Shown here piece after piece: positions 41,283 through 52,784 of a stretch of DNA of 64,000 nucleotides (positions are counted from its first letter, which is position 1; each line of letters starts with the position of its first letter). Below the pieces are notes generated by a model. The model ran no database searches. It saw only the letters and a program-made list of their open reading frames with translations, and was not told the DNA's origin. The stretch spans positions 3,360,001 through 3,424,000 of the forward strand of contig CAVUDP010000002.1 in the NCBI GenBank assembly GCA_963740315.1, in the 5' to 3' direction. Source of the stretch: an uncultured cyanobacterium (lineage in GTDB: Bacteria; Cyanobacteriota; Cyanobacteriia; Cyanobacteriales; Nostocaceae). A program made the translations under genes and the position numbers.

Positions 41283-44200
41283 TTAACTGGCTGGTGGTAA
41301 CTTAATTCTATCTTCTTCAATAATTTTACGGCGCGATCTCTTTCTAAAGCCGTATTTCGCTGTATTAATAATCCAATGCTGAAAGTTATCAATATAGATG
41401 AACAATACTGGTACCACTACTAAAGTCAATAAAGTAGAAGTTGTAAAGCCACCGATAACCGCAACACCCATTGATTGACGGACTTCTGCACCAGCACCTA
41501 GCCCTAATGCTAAAGGAAAAGTACCGGCGATCGTGGAAAGAGAAGTCATCAAAATCGGACGCAAACGCGATATACCAGCGTCTAAAACTGCTTGACGTTG
41601 TTTTTTACCTTGTTCTAAGCCGATGATTGCATAATCTACTAAGAGAATTGAGTTTTTGGTGACGATTCCTACCAACAACACGATACCAATTAAGGCATAT
41701 AGTCCCAAGGCTTTTTGAGTAACCATCAATCCTAAGAGAGTGCCACCCAAGCATAAAGGTAGCGCCACCATAATAGCGATCGGGTGAAGGAAGTTATTGT
41801 ATAGCAACACCAAGATTGCGTAAATCATCATCACTGCTAAACCCAATGCAGTACCGAAGCGTCCGAAAATTTCCTCCATAATTTCTGCATCTCCAGCCGA
41901 ACGCCTACTTACTTCCGGTGGTAAATTTTTCATCCCTGGTAGATCGTTTACTGCTTCCAATCCGTCACCCAAAGAGATACCTTTTAAATTAGCTTCCACC
42001 GAAACTTGACGCATTCGATCGAAACGGTTGATAGTTGCCGCACCGCTGCCAAAACGGATATCTGCAACCGCGAGTAATGGAACTAAACCACCATTTTGAC
42101 TGGGAACTTGGAGATTTCTAATATTTGTGATGTCTTCTCGCGCTTTGGGATCGATTTGGACTCGAATCGGAATTTGGCGATCGCTAAGATTATATTTTGC
42201 TAAGTTCGCATCGCTATCACCAATCGTTGCGAGTGTTGCAGTACGGGCAATTGACTGTACGGTTACACCTAAATCTGCGGCACGTTGCGGATCGGGTACT
42301 ACCAAAATTTCCGGTTTTACTAAACTAGCGGTAGAAGATGCCTCTATCAATCCCGGTAGGGTTCGCATCTGCTTTTCTAAATCATCAGCAGCTTTTTTCA
42401 ACGCGATCGGATTTTCACTTTGTAAAACTATAGTTAAATCCTTTCTACCACCGACAGCACCAGTACTTTGGAAACTAATTTTCGCTCCCGGAATTTGTCC
42501 AAATTGGGGACGTATTTGTTCTTCAAACTCGCTTTGAGATTTTCGTTCTTCCTTGGGTTTCAATTTAACGGTAAGACTTGCCGAACCAACATTTTCTGTA
42601 GATAAAACACTTTCAACGTCAGGATTTTGTTGAATTAAATTTGTTGCTTGTGTTACTACCCGTTTGGTGTCTGCCAAAGTCGAACCGGGAGCTAATTCCA
42701 CCGATACCTCAGAAATCCCGACATCCGCACCATCAACCAAACCCTTGGGAATCATCGGTACCAGCATCAAGCTACCAATAAAGAAAGCCAAAGCCAGCAG
42801 CAAAGTTGTTGTACGATGACGTAAAGCCCATCTGAGTGTAGAAGCATAAGGCTGAAAACGACGAGATTTTTGATTATTTCCCCTTGTCTCCTTGTCCCCT
42901 TGTCCCCTTGTCTCCTTTTCCTTTGACTTTAACAAATACGCTCCCATCATCGGCGTTACCATCCGCGCTACTGCTGTGGAGAATACGGTGGCGGCGGTAA
43001 CTGTCATGGCGAAGGGTTGGAAAAATTGACCGGGAATTCCGCCCATGAATGCTACTGGTAAAAATACGGCAACGATGGTGGCAGAAGTTGCAATTACCGC
43101 TAAACCCATTTCTTCTGATGATTCAAAAGCTGCTTGTTTGGGTGCTTTACCCATCGCCAAATGCCGCTCCATGTTTTCGATTTCGACGACGGCATCATCA
43201 ACTAAGTTACCTACTGCTAAACCCAAACCCAATAAAGTCATATTGTTGAGAGTGTAGCCCAAAGCAAATATTACGCCGAAAGTAGGAATAATTGATAAAG
43301 GTAAAGTTACTGCTGTAATTAAAGTTGCTCGCCAGTCGCGTAAAAACAGTAGAATTACGACCACAGCTAATACAGATGCCATTAATAGCTCGTCCATCGT
43401 ACTTTCGTAAGAATCGCGAACAAAAGTAGCTCTGGTAAAAATCAATTCCATTTTTACATCTTGAGGAAGAGTTTTTTCCAGCTTTGCAACTTCTTTTTTG
43501 ACTCCTTCTTCCACCGTCACCATGACGCTACCAGTACTACGCAATACCTGTAAAGCAACTACTGGTTTATTATTCAAGCGTGCAGATTGACGAACTTCAC
43601 CAAAACTATCTTCTACATTTCCTAAAGTAGATAAAGCAACCGAACCACCACTCGGAAGAATAATTTGATAATTTTTCAAAACATCTACACTTTGAGCGCT
43701 ACCCAAAGTCCGGATACTTTGTTCGCTGCCGCCAATTTCCGCACGCCCACCCGGTAAGTTAATATTAAAAGCTCGTAATTGGTCGTTTACTTGAGTCGCA
43801 GTGATACCCAAAGACTGCAAGCGGTCGGGATCGAGATTAACGCGAATTTCTCGGTCAACCCCACCTATACGGCGGATTTCAGCGACACCTTTTGCTGATA
43901 GCAAAGCGCGATTGATAGTTTCGTCAACCAGATTGCTCAACTCCTCCACCGAACGTTTATCCGAAGTGACCACATAAGTCATAATTGCACTACCGGAAAA
44001 CTCCAGACGCTGCACAATTGGATCGTTGATATCTTGGGGAAGACTTTGACGAATTTGCGCGATCGCATTGCGAACATCATTAGTAGCGCGATCGCTATCG
44101 GTTCCCAAATCAAAGTTGATGGTAGTAATACTTACGCCATCGGTAACAACCGAACGCAATTCATCGATGTTGCCCAAACCAGCAACCGCATCTTCAATTT

Positions 44201-44402
44201 TCTTCGTCACCTGAGATTCAAGTTCCGTAGGACCCGCACCAGGTTGACTTACCCTAACTTGAACCGAAGGAATATCAATATTAGGGCTGGTATCAATTCC
44301 CAAATTATTAAAGCAGAACCAGCCAACTATAGTCAAAATTGAAAATAAAACTATCGTTGGAATTGGTTTTTTTATCGACCAAGCAGAAACGTTAAAATTC
44401 AT
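41283..44402 (-). CDS. RND efflux transporter permease (AcrB family)
   Basis: GNLVDDAVVEIEN, VTKNSILLVD, RLRPILMT. In-frame STRR at about 42881-42916. Confidence 0.97.
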   Translation of the reverse strand: MNFNVSAWSIKKPIPTIVLFSILTIVGWFCFNNLGIDTSPNIDIPSVQVRVSQPGAGPTELESQVTKKIEDAVAGLGNIDELRSVVTDGVSITTINFDLGTDSDRATNDVRNAIAQIRQSLPQDINDPIVQRLEFSGSAIMTYVVTSDKRSVEELSNLVDETINRALLSAKGVAEIRRIGGVDREIRVNLDPDRLQSLGITATQVNDQLRAFNINLPGGRAEIGGSEQSIRTLGSAQSVDVLKNYQIILPSGGSVALSTLGNVEDSFGEVRQSARLNNKPVVALQVLRSTGSVMVTVEEGVKKEVAKLEKTLPQDVKMELIFTRATFVRDSYESTMDELLMASVLAVVVILLFLRDWRATLITAVTLPLSIIPTFGVIFALGYTLNNMTLLGLGLAVGNLVDDAVVEIENMERHLAMGKAPKQAAFESSEEMGLAVIATSATIVAVFLPVAFMGGIPGQFFQPFAMTVTAATVFSTAVARMVTPMMGAYLLKSKEKETRGQGDKETRGNNQKSRRFQPYASTLRWALRHRTTTLLLALAFFIGSLMLVPMIPKGLVDGADVGISEVSVELAPGSTLADTKRVVTQATNLIQQNPDVESVLSTENVGSASLTVKLKPKEERKSQSEFEEQIRPQFGQIPGAKISFQSTGAVGGRKDLTIVLQSENPIALKKAADDLEKQMRTLPGLIEASSTASLVKPEILVVPDPQRAADLGVTVQSIARTATLATIGDSDANLAKYNLSDRQIPIRVQIDPKAREDITNIRNLQVPSQNGGLVPLLAVADIRFGSGAATINRFDRMRQVSVEANLKGISLGDGLEAVNDLPGMKNLPPEVSRRSAGDAEIMEEIFGRFGTALGLAVMMIYAILVLLYNNFLHPIAIMVALPLCLGGTLLGLMVTQKALGLYALIGIVLLVGIVTKNSILLVDYAIIGLEQGKKQRQAVLDAGISRLRPILMTSLSTIAGTFPLALGLGAGAEVRQSMGVAVIGGFTTSTLLTLVVVPVLFIYIDNFQHWIINTAKYGFRKRSRRKIIEEDRIKLPPAS

Positions 44403-44517
44403 TGAATTTAGTAGTTAGCAGTTATAGAATTTTGGATTTTAGATTTTAGATTTTGGATTCAAAACTTTTAGAAAGTACGAATATTAGGGATTTGGAAAAA
44501 ATAACTTATCTAATAAC

Positions 44518-44963
44518 GGTAGTGCGAGCATCTTGCTCGCTTGAGATACAGCAGCCAGATAAATGAGTTACAGCACTAAGCCAGATAAACGAGATACAGC
44601 ACTAGCCAGATAAATGAGTTACAGCACTAAGCCAGATAAATGAGTTACAGCACTAAGCCAGATAAATAAGATACAGCACTAGCCAGATAAATAAGATACA
44701 GCACTAAGCCAGATAAATGAGTTACAAAACTATATACTAAAACTCTTGTAGGGTGAGCATTCCGGAGCGTCCGAACGTACTTAATCTTTATTCTTATATG
44801 CTGTATAAGTAGTCGTGCAAAAGTAATTTTACATTCAGAAAACTTCAAGTTATTGGGATTGCTATCTCCCTCCGGGAGACGCTGCCAATACGGTTCCTCG
44901 CTTCGGACAATATACAATTAATTTTGCTTAAGTACTTATAGCGAGCAAGATGCTCGCACTACC
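44518..44963. mobile_element. REP-bounded cassette (24-bp perfect inverted repeats) carrying a tandem array
   Basis: GGTAGTGCGAGCATCTTGCTCGCT (44518-44541) and its exact reverse complement (44940-44963). Confidence 0.7.
44543..44726. repeat. Tandem array of about 7.5 units of 25-26 nt, no spacers
   Basis: Unit (G/A)AG(T/A)TACAGCACTA(A)GCCAGATAAAT. Confidence 0.9.
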
Positions 44964-45080
44964 CAATCTGAATTCTAAATTAGATATTTTTTCATTTAGA
45001 AGTCTCTTAAGTAATAAAGATGGAATTTCTGCCCATCTCCCCATCTCCCCATCTCCCCATCTCCCCATCCCCTTGTCCCC

Positions 45081-46589
45081 TCATGATTTCGCCACCCGTA
45101 CTTTATCCCCATCTTTGAGATACCCCGCACCTTCAACTACAATATTTTTTCCGGGTTGCAAACCAGTTTTAATTTCTATTTTTCCACCTTTGAGAATTTC
45201 TCCGGTTTCTACTTTTTGACTGTTGACAATATTGTTTTGCGCTAAAACAAATACAATCGCGCTGCCGTCGGGTTGGGGAAGTACTGCTTTTTGCGGTACT
45301 GCTACACTCATGTTTGTATCGGTAACAATTGCTGCGCGGGCAAACATTCCCGGTCTAAGTAAGTTTGTGGCAGGTAAGTCAATTTTTACCGTTGCTTCGC
45401 GGTTTTGCTGGTTAACTATGGGTTCTATTTCTTTAACTTTCCCTTGCAATTTAATCCGATTATCTACTTCACTTGTAATCTGGGCTGGTGCGCCGATTTT
45501 TATTTGTGATAGTTGAACTGTGGGAACTTTTGCCTGTAATTCTAAATTTCCGCTACGAATAATTGAAAATAGCTTTTGGCTGCCACCAACTACGTTTCCT
45601 ACTTGGGTTTGCGGTGGTACACCCGTGATGTCTCCGACTCTGGCAAGTTTTTCTGCAACTGTTCCGGAAACGGGTGCGCGGACTATTGTTTGTCCTAACT
45701 GGGTTTTTAACTGCTGTACTTTAGCTGTAGCAATACGAACTCCTGCTTTAGCGCTGTTGACTCTGGCGATCGCGCTCTTTACACCTGCTTCGGCACTGCT
45801 GATGTTTGCTTTGGCGCTGCTAACTCCTGCGATCGCGCTACGAATATTTGCTTCGGCAATCCGTACTGCTTCTTGTGCAGTTTCAAAATTCGTTTCAGCA
45901 GTTTCAAATAATTGCTTACTAATTGCCCCTTGGTTAGAAAGTTTTTGATTGCGCTGATAATTTCTTTCGGCTTCTCTTAATTTTGCTTTTGAAGCAGCTA
46001 AATCGGCTTGTCTTTGCTCGACTGTTGCTTGGCTTGAGATTACAGTGGCTCTACTTGATTCTAAAGCTGCTTGTTTGGAAGCTAAATCCGCAACTCTTGA
46101 AGCAACTTCGGCTTGTTGGGATTCGACTTCTGCTTTGGCTTGACGAATTTGATCTTGTAATAGCGAGTCATCTAAAACTGCCATCACCTGCCCTTCCTTA
46201 ACCGAATCTCCTTGCTTGACCGAAATTTGCTTGATTTGCAAACCATTAGATTGAGGTAAAACCGGAGTCAATTCGCTAGCTGCAACAGTACCAGTAACGC
46301 TCAGATTGCGAGCAACTCTCGTGAATTCTACCAGAGCTAGAGTAACAGTCATTGCTGGAGCGACTGGCTGAGTAGATTGATTTGCTACATTTGGTTCATT
46401 TTTGGGACGATTGCTTAATAAACGCATTCCTCCAAAGGTTATTCCAACTCCCAAAGCCATACCCAATAGCATAATTGTCCACCAAGGGCGCTGTTTTTCG
46501 GTTTCGGTATACTCTTTGAAAGTCGCTTCTTCGATCGCGGCTTCTTCTTTTGCTGGAATCTCTGAAAAATTTTGGTCCCCTGCTGTCAT
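45081..46589 (-). CDS. RND efflux periplasmic adaptor (membrane fusion protein)
   Basis: TM anchor, VKQGDSVKEGQ, long coiled coil, IVRAPVSG, LRPGMFA. Confidence 0.95.
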   Translation of the reverse strand: MTAGDQNFSEIPAKEEAAIEEATFKEYTETEKQRPWWTIMLLGMALGVGITFGGMRLLSNRPKNEPNVANQSTQPVAPAMTVTLALVEFTRVARNLSVTGTVAASELTPVLPQSNGLQIKQISVKQGDSVKEGQVMAVLDDSLLQDQIRQAKAEVESQQAEVASRVADLASKQAALESSRATVISSQATVEQRQADLAASKAKLREAERNYQRNQKLSNQGAISKQLFETAETNFETAQEAVRIAEANIRSAIAGVSSAKANISSAEAGVKSAIARVNSAKAGVRIATAKVQQLKTQLGQTIVRAPVSGTVAEKLARVGDITGVPPQTQVGNVVGGSQKLFSIIRSGNLELQAKVPTVQLSQIKIGAPAQITSEVDNRIKLQGKVKEIEPIVNQQNREATVKIDLPATNLLRPGMFARAAIVTDTNMSVAVPQKAVLPQPDGSAIVFVLAQNNIVNSQKVETGEILKGGKIEIKTGLQPGKNIVVEGAGYLKDGDKVRVAKS

Positions 46590-47342
46590 TACTGAGTCTC
46601 CTACCCACCCGCGATAACACGGCTTTGCTTAAGAAAAGTTGAAAATTATTACACTATATTAACTATTACCCATTTTCCGGTCTAATGGCTGTATTTGCAG
46701 ACTGAATTTACCCATGACAAAAGTCATATATTTGCTAGTTATAAGTATTTCTTGAGGATTCATAGGAATTATTTTTTCAGTTAAAATCCTTGCCTGAGTA
46801 GGTTTTTGTTCGGCAAGGACGGATAACCGAACAACTGAGATCACACCTGAGTACGTATTGAGATCGCAGCCACAAATCATTTTGTTGTGAAAGAATAATA
46901 AGTAATTCATATAGTCTGTTTACCCAGTGACGAAGTTCCTCATGGAGCCGGTGTATATATTTAGCGTAATTTGGGTAAGCTTTATTTATATAGCGTTAAG
47001 TTGGAGTTTCGACTGATAAAAAAAGTCCAAAAATGTATATTAATACATATTAATTTATTTTTGAATATGGGTATTTTCAAGATTTTTTATAACATCCAAA
47101 ATATGATTTTTAATTATGTATAAATAATTAGGATGTTGTGTAAACAAAAATTCTCACCGCTCGATATGTTTAATGTCGAGCAGCAATAAAGCCTGATTGA
47201 AATCGTTAACCGATCGGGTTTCGATTGCTTTTGCCTAGAAGTAGAAGATAAATTAAGTAGATTATTTTTAGATGTAGAAACCATCATTATCTAATCATCT
47301 GGAAAAATTCACATAAAATAAATTATTAACAGGGTAAAAAAT

Positions 47343-48284
47343 ATGTTTAGCGCAACTGAAGTTTTGATAGATGCTTTTGTAGATAGAGTTAGAGAAGGAT
47401 ACCGTCGTAGCTACGGCAGCTTGAAAACTGATTATCAAGACATTATCGCTTGGGTAGGAAGCATGGCTTTAGAAAATATTGCTAACAGCGATGCCCTATA
47501 TCATAACGTCGAACACTCAATCTTAGTTACACTAGTAGGACAAGAAGTTTTACGCGGCAAACATATACGAGAAGGTGGTGTTTCCAGCGAAGATTGGCTG
47601 CATTTTATTATCTCTTTGCTGTGTCATGATATTGGTTATGTAAAAGGAGTTTGTCGGCTAGACAAAGAAGAAGAAAGCCTGTATGCGGCAGGTAAAGATG
47701 AAGCAATGATTTCTTTACCTCTAGGTGCTTCAGATGCTAGTTTGACCCCATATCATGTTGATCGAGCAAAACTATTTATTGACGAGCGTTTTGGCGGTCA
47801 TAAATTAATCGATTCTGAAGTCATAAAATGCAATATAGAATTAACTCGTTTCCCGGTACCCGCAGCAGAAGATCATCAAGAAACTAATAGTTGTGCAGGT
47901 TTAGTACGTGCTGCCGATTTAATTGGTCAATTAAGCGATCCGCGTTATTTAAAGAAAATAACTTCTTTATTCTACGAGTTTGAAGAAACTGGAATGAATA
48001 AAATTTTAGGTTACAAAAATCCTGCGGATTTACGTAATAATTATCCAAAGTTTTATTGGAATGGTGTTTATCCATATATCAAAGATGGACTGCGTTACTT
48101 ATCTTTAACCCAACAGGGAAAACAGATAATTGCTAATTTGTACTCGAACGTATTTGTTGTAGAACACGAAAGACCGCAAGAAGAACAAATATATTTAGAA
48201 AATCTAGAAATTAGAGAAGTAGAAATGAAAGAATTATCCGGTCGAAGACCTGAAACACTAAAAACAAGAACAAGAGTTATTTGA
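47343..48284 (+). CDS. HD-domain metal-dependent phosphohydrolase (Npun_R2479-like)
   Basis: YHNVEH, LCHDIGY, YHVDR, AADLIGQ. Confidence 0.88.
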   Translation: MFSATEVLIDAFVDRVREGYRRSYGSLKTDYQDIIAWVGSMALENIANSDALYHNVEHSILVTLVGQEVLRGKHIREGGVSSEDWLHFIISLLCHDIGYVKGVCRLDKEEESLYAAGKDEAMISLPLGASDASLTPYHVDRAKLFIDERFGGHKLIDSEVIKCNIELTRFPVPAAEDHQETNSCAGLVRAADLIGQLSDPRYLKKITSLFYEFEETGMNKILGYKNPADLRNNYPKFYWNGVYPYIKDGLRYLSLTQQGKQIIANLYSNVFVVEHERPQEEQIYLENLEIREVEMKELSGRRPETLKTRTRVI

Positions 48285-48350
48285 ATCAGTTACCAGTTGA
48301 CTGGTTCCTAGTACTCCACCACATTAATTTTGAGGGGTAAAAAACCTCTT

Positions 48351-48420
48351 CGTAGGTTGGGTTAAGCGGAGCGCAACCCAACACGGGTGTTGGGCTTCAC
48401 TGCGTTCAACCCAACCTACG
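48351..48420. repeat. GTAG-type REP doublet (REPIN-like hairpin)
   Basis: CGTAGGTTGGGTT ... AACCCAACCTACG inverted pair with internal CCCAACAC/GTGTTGGG. Confidence 0.8.
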
Positions 48421-48658
48421 TAACTAATAGTCCAAATCATTAATTTTTATAAGTTTGTAGTAAGGTCATTGGTTCCCTAAATCCGGAGCGCTGAAGCACT
48501 TACTACGAACCTTATTACTCATCAGAACTAATGAAATGCACTACTATAAACTCGGTTTTTTAGAAAAGCGGGGTTTCTTGTTATTCCAAATTCTGATAGA
48601 TTTTTCTTCAAATATCCCAGTAGGATAACTAAAGCAAGCGAATATAGTTCCCAAATTC

Positions 48659-49501
48659 ATGTCTCTCACCCTCAACTCCGAATATAAAAGCTTTGGTGGA
48701 AAACTCGGCTTTTATTCCCATCCCTCAACTAGCTGTAATGGTGAAATGCGCTTGTGCGTTTACCAACCAGCCCAAGCTGAATCCCAAAGCTTACCAATTC
48801 TTTATTTTCTCTCCGGTTTAACTTGTACCGAAGAAAACTTTATGGTCAAAGCTGGAGCGCAAAAATATGCCGCAGAACATGGTTTAATTTTAGTTGTACC
48901 AGATACAAGCCCGCGCAACACGGGAATTAAAGGTGAAGATGACGATTACGACTTTGGAACGGGTGCGGGTTTTTACGTTGACGCAACCGAAAAACCTTGG
49001 TCATCTCACTACCAAATGTATAGCTATGTTGTCAAAGAATTACCTGAATTAATCGCCGCTAATTTTCAGGTACAGCAAGATAAACAAAGTATATTTGGTC
49101 ATTCAATGGGGGGACACGGTGCTTTAATTTGTGCCATGCGAAACCCCCAAAAGTATAGATCGGTTTCAGCTTTTGCACCTATCGCTGCACCTATTCAATG
49201 TGCATGGGGAGAAAAGTGTTTTAACATTTACTTGGGTGAAAACAAAGAAAGCTGGCGCGAATATGATGCGACTGAACTAGTAAAGCAATTTGGTTTTCAC
49301 AGTGAAATTTTAATCGATCAAGGTAGCGACGATAAATTTCTTCAACAGCAGCAACTGCTTCCAGATGTGTTTGAAAAAGCTTGTAAAGAAGTTAATCAAC
49401 CTTTGAATCTACGTTATCAACAAGGCTACGATCACAGTTATTATTTCATTTCCACATTTATAGAAGACCATATCCGTCATCATGCAAAAGCTTTACAGTG
49501 A
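48659..49501 (+). CDS. fghA: S-formylglutathione hydrolase
   Basis: LSGLTCTEENF, GHSMGGHGA, GYDHSYYF. Confidence 0.95.
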   Translation: MSLTLNSEYKSFGGKLGFYSHPSTSCNGEMRLCVYQPAQAESQSLPILYFLSGLTCTEENFMVKAGAQKYAAEHGLILVVPDTSPRNTGIKGEDDDYDFGTGAGFYVDATEKPWSSHYQMYSYVVKELPELIAANFQVQQDKQSIFGHSMGGHGALICAMRNPQKYRSVSAFAPIAAPIQCAWGEKCFNIYLGENKESWREYDATELVKQFGFHSEILIDQGSDDKFLQQQQLLPDVFEKACKEVNQPLNLRYQQGYDHSYYFISTFIEDHIRHHAKALQ

Positions 49502-49783
49502 GCAGTTACCAGTTACCAGTGAGCAGTGAGCAGTGAGCAGTGAGCAATTATTAGTTATTATTGACTAGTTTAGACCTTATTACTTTAATAATTCATTCAA
49601 TAGTGTAAGTCGTATATGGCATCGTATTGAATTGTATTAAAAGATTGGATTTAAATAAATAAATACTTCATTTTGTAGTCAAGTACCGTCAAATAATCGT
49701 GTTTTAGAGAAGATAAAAAATTTGTTTAATTAGTCACTGATAACTGATAACTGCTCACTGTTCACTGCTCACTGATAACTGAT

Positions 49784-50563
49784 ATGATTTGGCAAGCTGA
49801 TTTTTATCGTCGTCCGCAATCGGATACATCGGAACAGGTATTCTGGGATTTATCGATTTGCGATTCAATGGATTTTAAATATGAAGCGAGTTGTCCCCAG
49901 TCACAAGCGAATTCTGCTTGGGTAGCTTCGCAAATTCAACAAGCAGCATCGGATAATTTACCAGATGTTATTCAAGTATTTCGTCCTCAATGTTTGAGTT
50001 TAATCGAACAAGCGGGGAATAGTTTGGGTATTAAAGTTGAAGCAACTCGTCGCACTGCTGCTTTAAAAAAATGGTTGTCACAAAAGCAGAAATTTACCGC
50101 TTTGGATAAGCCACCCCCGATACCTTTATCAGAAAATCTTTGGGGAGATAAATGGAGTTTTGCTACTTTACAAGCTGGTAATATTGCTGATTTTTTAGAA
50201 CGTCCAATTCCTATTTTAGAAACACCCGATTTGTTATTGCCGATAAATTTGGGCTTGGCTTCAACAGTGCAGATTCCAGGTGTGGTAATTTATGGCGGGC
50301 GTAAATCGATGCGTTTGGCAAGGTGGTTGCAAGAAAATCGTCCTGTAGCTTTGAATTATATTGCTGGTGCGCCGGATGGGTTGGTGTTGGAAGCGGGTTT
50401 GATAGATAGATGGATTGTGGCAACCTTTGAAGATGAAGAAGTTTCAGTTGCTGCAAAGCTTTACCAACAGCGCAAGCAGAATAGTCAAGGATTGCATTTT
50501 TTGTTAGTGCAGCCAGATGATTCTGGAATGACTTATACCGGCTTTTGGTTGTTGCAAGAATGA
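49784..50563 (+). CDS. Tab2/Atab2 family RNA-binding protein
   Basis: WQADFYRRP ... GLHFLLVQPDDSGMTYTGFWLL. Confidence 0.88.
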   Translation: MIWQADFYRRPQSDTSEQVFWDLSICDSMDFKYEASCPQSQANSAWVASQIQQAASDNLPDVIQVFRPQCLSLIEQAGNSLGIKVEATRRTAALKKWLSQKQKFTALDKPPPIPLSENLWGDKWSFATLQAGNIADFLERPIPILETPDLLLPINLGLASTVQIPGVVIYGGRKSMRLARWLQENRPVALNYIAGAPDGLVLEAGLIDRWIVATFEDEEVSVAAKLYQQRKQNSQGLHFLLVQPDDSGMTYTGFWLLQE

Positions 50564-50757
50564 TAGTTGATTTATTCGCGAATAAAAAATGTCAACTATT
50601 TATAGATAGATTTAGTGCGATCGCGAAATCTTTACCTCTTGGGGAAGTTTTAGAAATAGTTGCTAAGGTAAGCTACGGAAGAAACTGCCAGTTAGAAATT
50701 TCTTTGAGAAAATAGACCGAATTCTGGCAATATTAACTTTAATCTAAAATCTAATAG

Positions 50758-52002
50758 ATGAATTTAAAAAATTTGAGGGAGCAATTTAATTTACCTCTCC
50801 AGTTTTGGATTGTTACCCTAGTTGCCTTTATCAATTCGGTTAGCTTTACGATAATTATTCCGCTACTTTATCCCTACGCGAAGCAGTTTGGACTAAATGA
50901 TTTTCAAGCAAGTTTGTTAACTACGGCTTATGCTTTACCTCAATTTATCGGTACGCCTATTTTAGGAAGACTTTCCGATCGCTTGGGAAGAAAACCTTTG
51001 TTAGTTGTAAGTTTGCTGGGAACGGTTTTATCCGGTATTGTTGCTGCGGTAACTCCCGTAGCTTGGTTGTTATATGTAGCGCGTGCGATCGATGGTTTTA
51101 CTGGTGGAAATACTTCTATTGCCAGTGCTGTAGTTAGCGATATTACAAATGTAGAGCAGCGGGCTAAAGCTTTCGGTATTTTTGGTGCTGTTTTCCGTTT
51201 GGGTTTTGTCGCAGGACCTGCATTAAGCTATGTAGCGCAGCAATTACCTACGGTTTGGGGCGTTTCTTCCTTGGGAATGAGTTTTCTTGTCGGTGCGGCT
51301 ATGGCTTTATTGGCAACTGTTATGACTATTTTTTTCTTACCCGAAACTTTACCTGCTTCTGACAAGCAGCGGTTTCATTTAAGTTTGAATGATTTTGGTT
51401 TTATCAGAATTTTCCAGTCTGCAACTCGTCCGAAATTAGGTAAACTTTTTGTTCTGACTTTTTTAAGTGGTTCCAGTTTTACGATTTTTACCTTTGCCTT
51501 TCAACCATTTGTGCTGGAAGTGCTAAATCAAGATGCCAAAACATTAGCAATTACATTTGCTGTTGTGGGCATGGTAGGATTTATCTCTCAAGTATTTGCA
51601 CTCGATCCACTTAGGAGAAAATTTAATTTAATTGATATTTTATCTTTATCATTATTCGCACGTGGAATCACCTTTTTATTGATTCCAACTTTCCCCTATC
51701 TAACTGCATTTTTTATCATTATTGCAATTTTTGGCTTCGTTAATTCTTTCCCAATGCCTTTAATAGATTCGATTTTGTCCTTGAATAGCACCCAACGGGA
51801 ACAAGGGGAAGTTTTAGGAATTAATGCATCTTATCTGAGTATTTCTAACGCCATCGGACCGCCAGTTTCAGGTTTGTTAGTAAGTTTTGGTTACAAAATT
51901 CCCTTCTGGATTACAGGCGTACTGACTATTCTTACAGCTTGCTTTGCTTTCACGCTCAAATCTGACTTTAAATGCGAAGGTAATAGGGGGAAGAGGGAAT
52001 AG
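50758..52002 (+). CDS. MFS transporter (TetA/DHA1-like)
   Basis: GRLSDRLGRKP motif A, about 12 TM segments. Confidence 0.93.
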   Translation: MNLKNLREQFNLPLQFWIVTLVAFINSVSFTIIIPLLYPYAKQFGLNDFQASLLTTAYALPQFIGTPILGRLSDRLGRKPLLVVSLLGTVLSGIVAAVTPVAWLLYVARAIDGFTGGNTSIASAVVSDITNVEQRAKAFGIFGAVFRLGFVAGPALSYVAQQLPTVWGVSSLGMSFLVGAAMALLATVMTIFFLPETLPASDKQRFHLSLNDFGFIRIFQSATRPKLGKLFVLTFLSGSSFTIFTFAFQPFVLEVLNQDAKTLAITFAVVGMVGFISQVFALDPLRRKFNLIDILSLSLFARGITFLLIPTFPYLTAFFIIIAIFGFVNSFPMPLIDSILSLNSTQREQGEVLGINASYLSISNAIGPPVSGLLVSFGYKIPFWITGVLTILTACFAFTLKSDFKCEGNRGKRE

Positions 52003-52087
52003 GGGGGAGGGGGAAGAGGGGGAAGAGGGGGAAGAGGGGGAAGAATAAATTATCCTAACTGATAATCGATCGTTGATAATTGATAAT

Positions 52088-52363
52088 TTATTTCCTTACC
52101 TGCTTCAACATATCAATCAAAGTATGATGAGCATCTTCGGCATTTTCTAAAGTATGGTCAAATTTAATTCTCACGGGTACTTCTTCACCTTTTACCTGGG
52201 CTTGTAAATTCATTCCTTCAGCATCAATAGAAAGCATTTTTGCTGCTGTCGTATCGGTTAAATCGCCATAAGCCTTAGCATAAAGCGCCACCGCTTCGGC
52301 ATGATCTTCATTCATGTGCTTGCAGATGCGATCGCTAATTTGAGTAGAAAATTCCTCTGACAT
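52088..52363 (-). CDS. DUF2470 domain protein
   Basis: RICKHMNEDH motif. Confidence 0.88.
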   Translation of the reverse strand: MSEEFSTQISDRICKHMNEDHAEAVALYAKAYGDLTDTTAAKMLSIDAEGMNLQAQVKGEEVPVRIKFDHTLENAEDAHHTLIDMLKQVRK

Positions 52364-52784
52364 GACATACTCCCGATTAACTTTACCTTCTTTGAATTTT
52401 AAAGCTTAATGAGCTTATGTAGCACTTCTGAATGCGTGAGAATTAAGAAACCTCGTTTTTTGTTACAAACCGGGTTTCTAGGTAGCTTAGATTCCTACTA
52501 GATATATTTAAATAGATTTGATTTAATTATCGTACTCCTACTCAAGACAAAAAGTATTTTTAAAGACATAAATATTCAATTTGGGTAACTATACGGTTAC
52601 GGCTGTTTAGCAAAAATCAAGGCTCTTGACCATAAACAAGGCAAGCTTTGTAACATTTCCGTCTTTATTATTGGAATTGATTTAATTAAACTTATATCGG
52701 AACAATTTTTAACATTTTCTTACTGATTAGTAGTAGTTTCTACTGAATCAGAAATATAAAACAAATATATGAAAGTCCACACCC

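Noticed and set aside
44543..44726. Possible CRISPR array
   Set aside because: The units are directly adjacent with no unique spacers, and there are no cas genes in the window. It is a tandem repeat.
44645..44917. 90-aa ORF in the REP cassette
   Set aside because: Made up of repeat-derived sequence, with no coding evidence.
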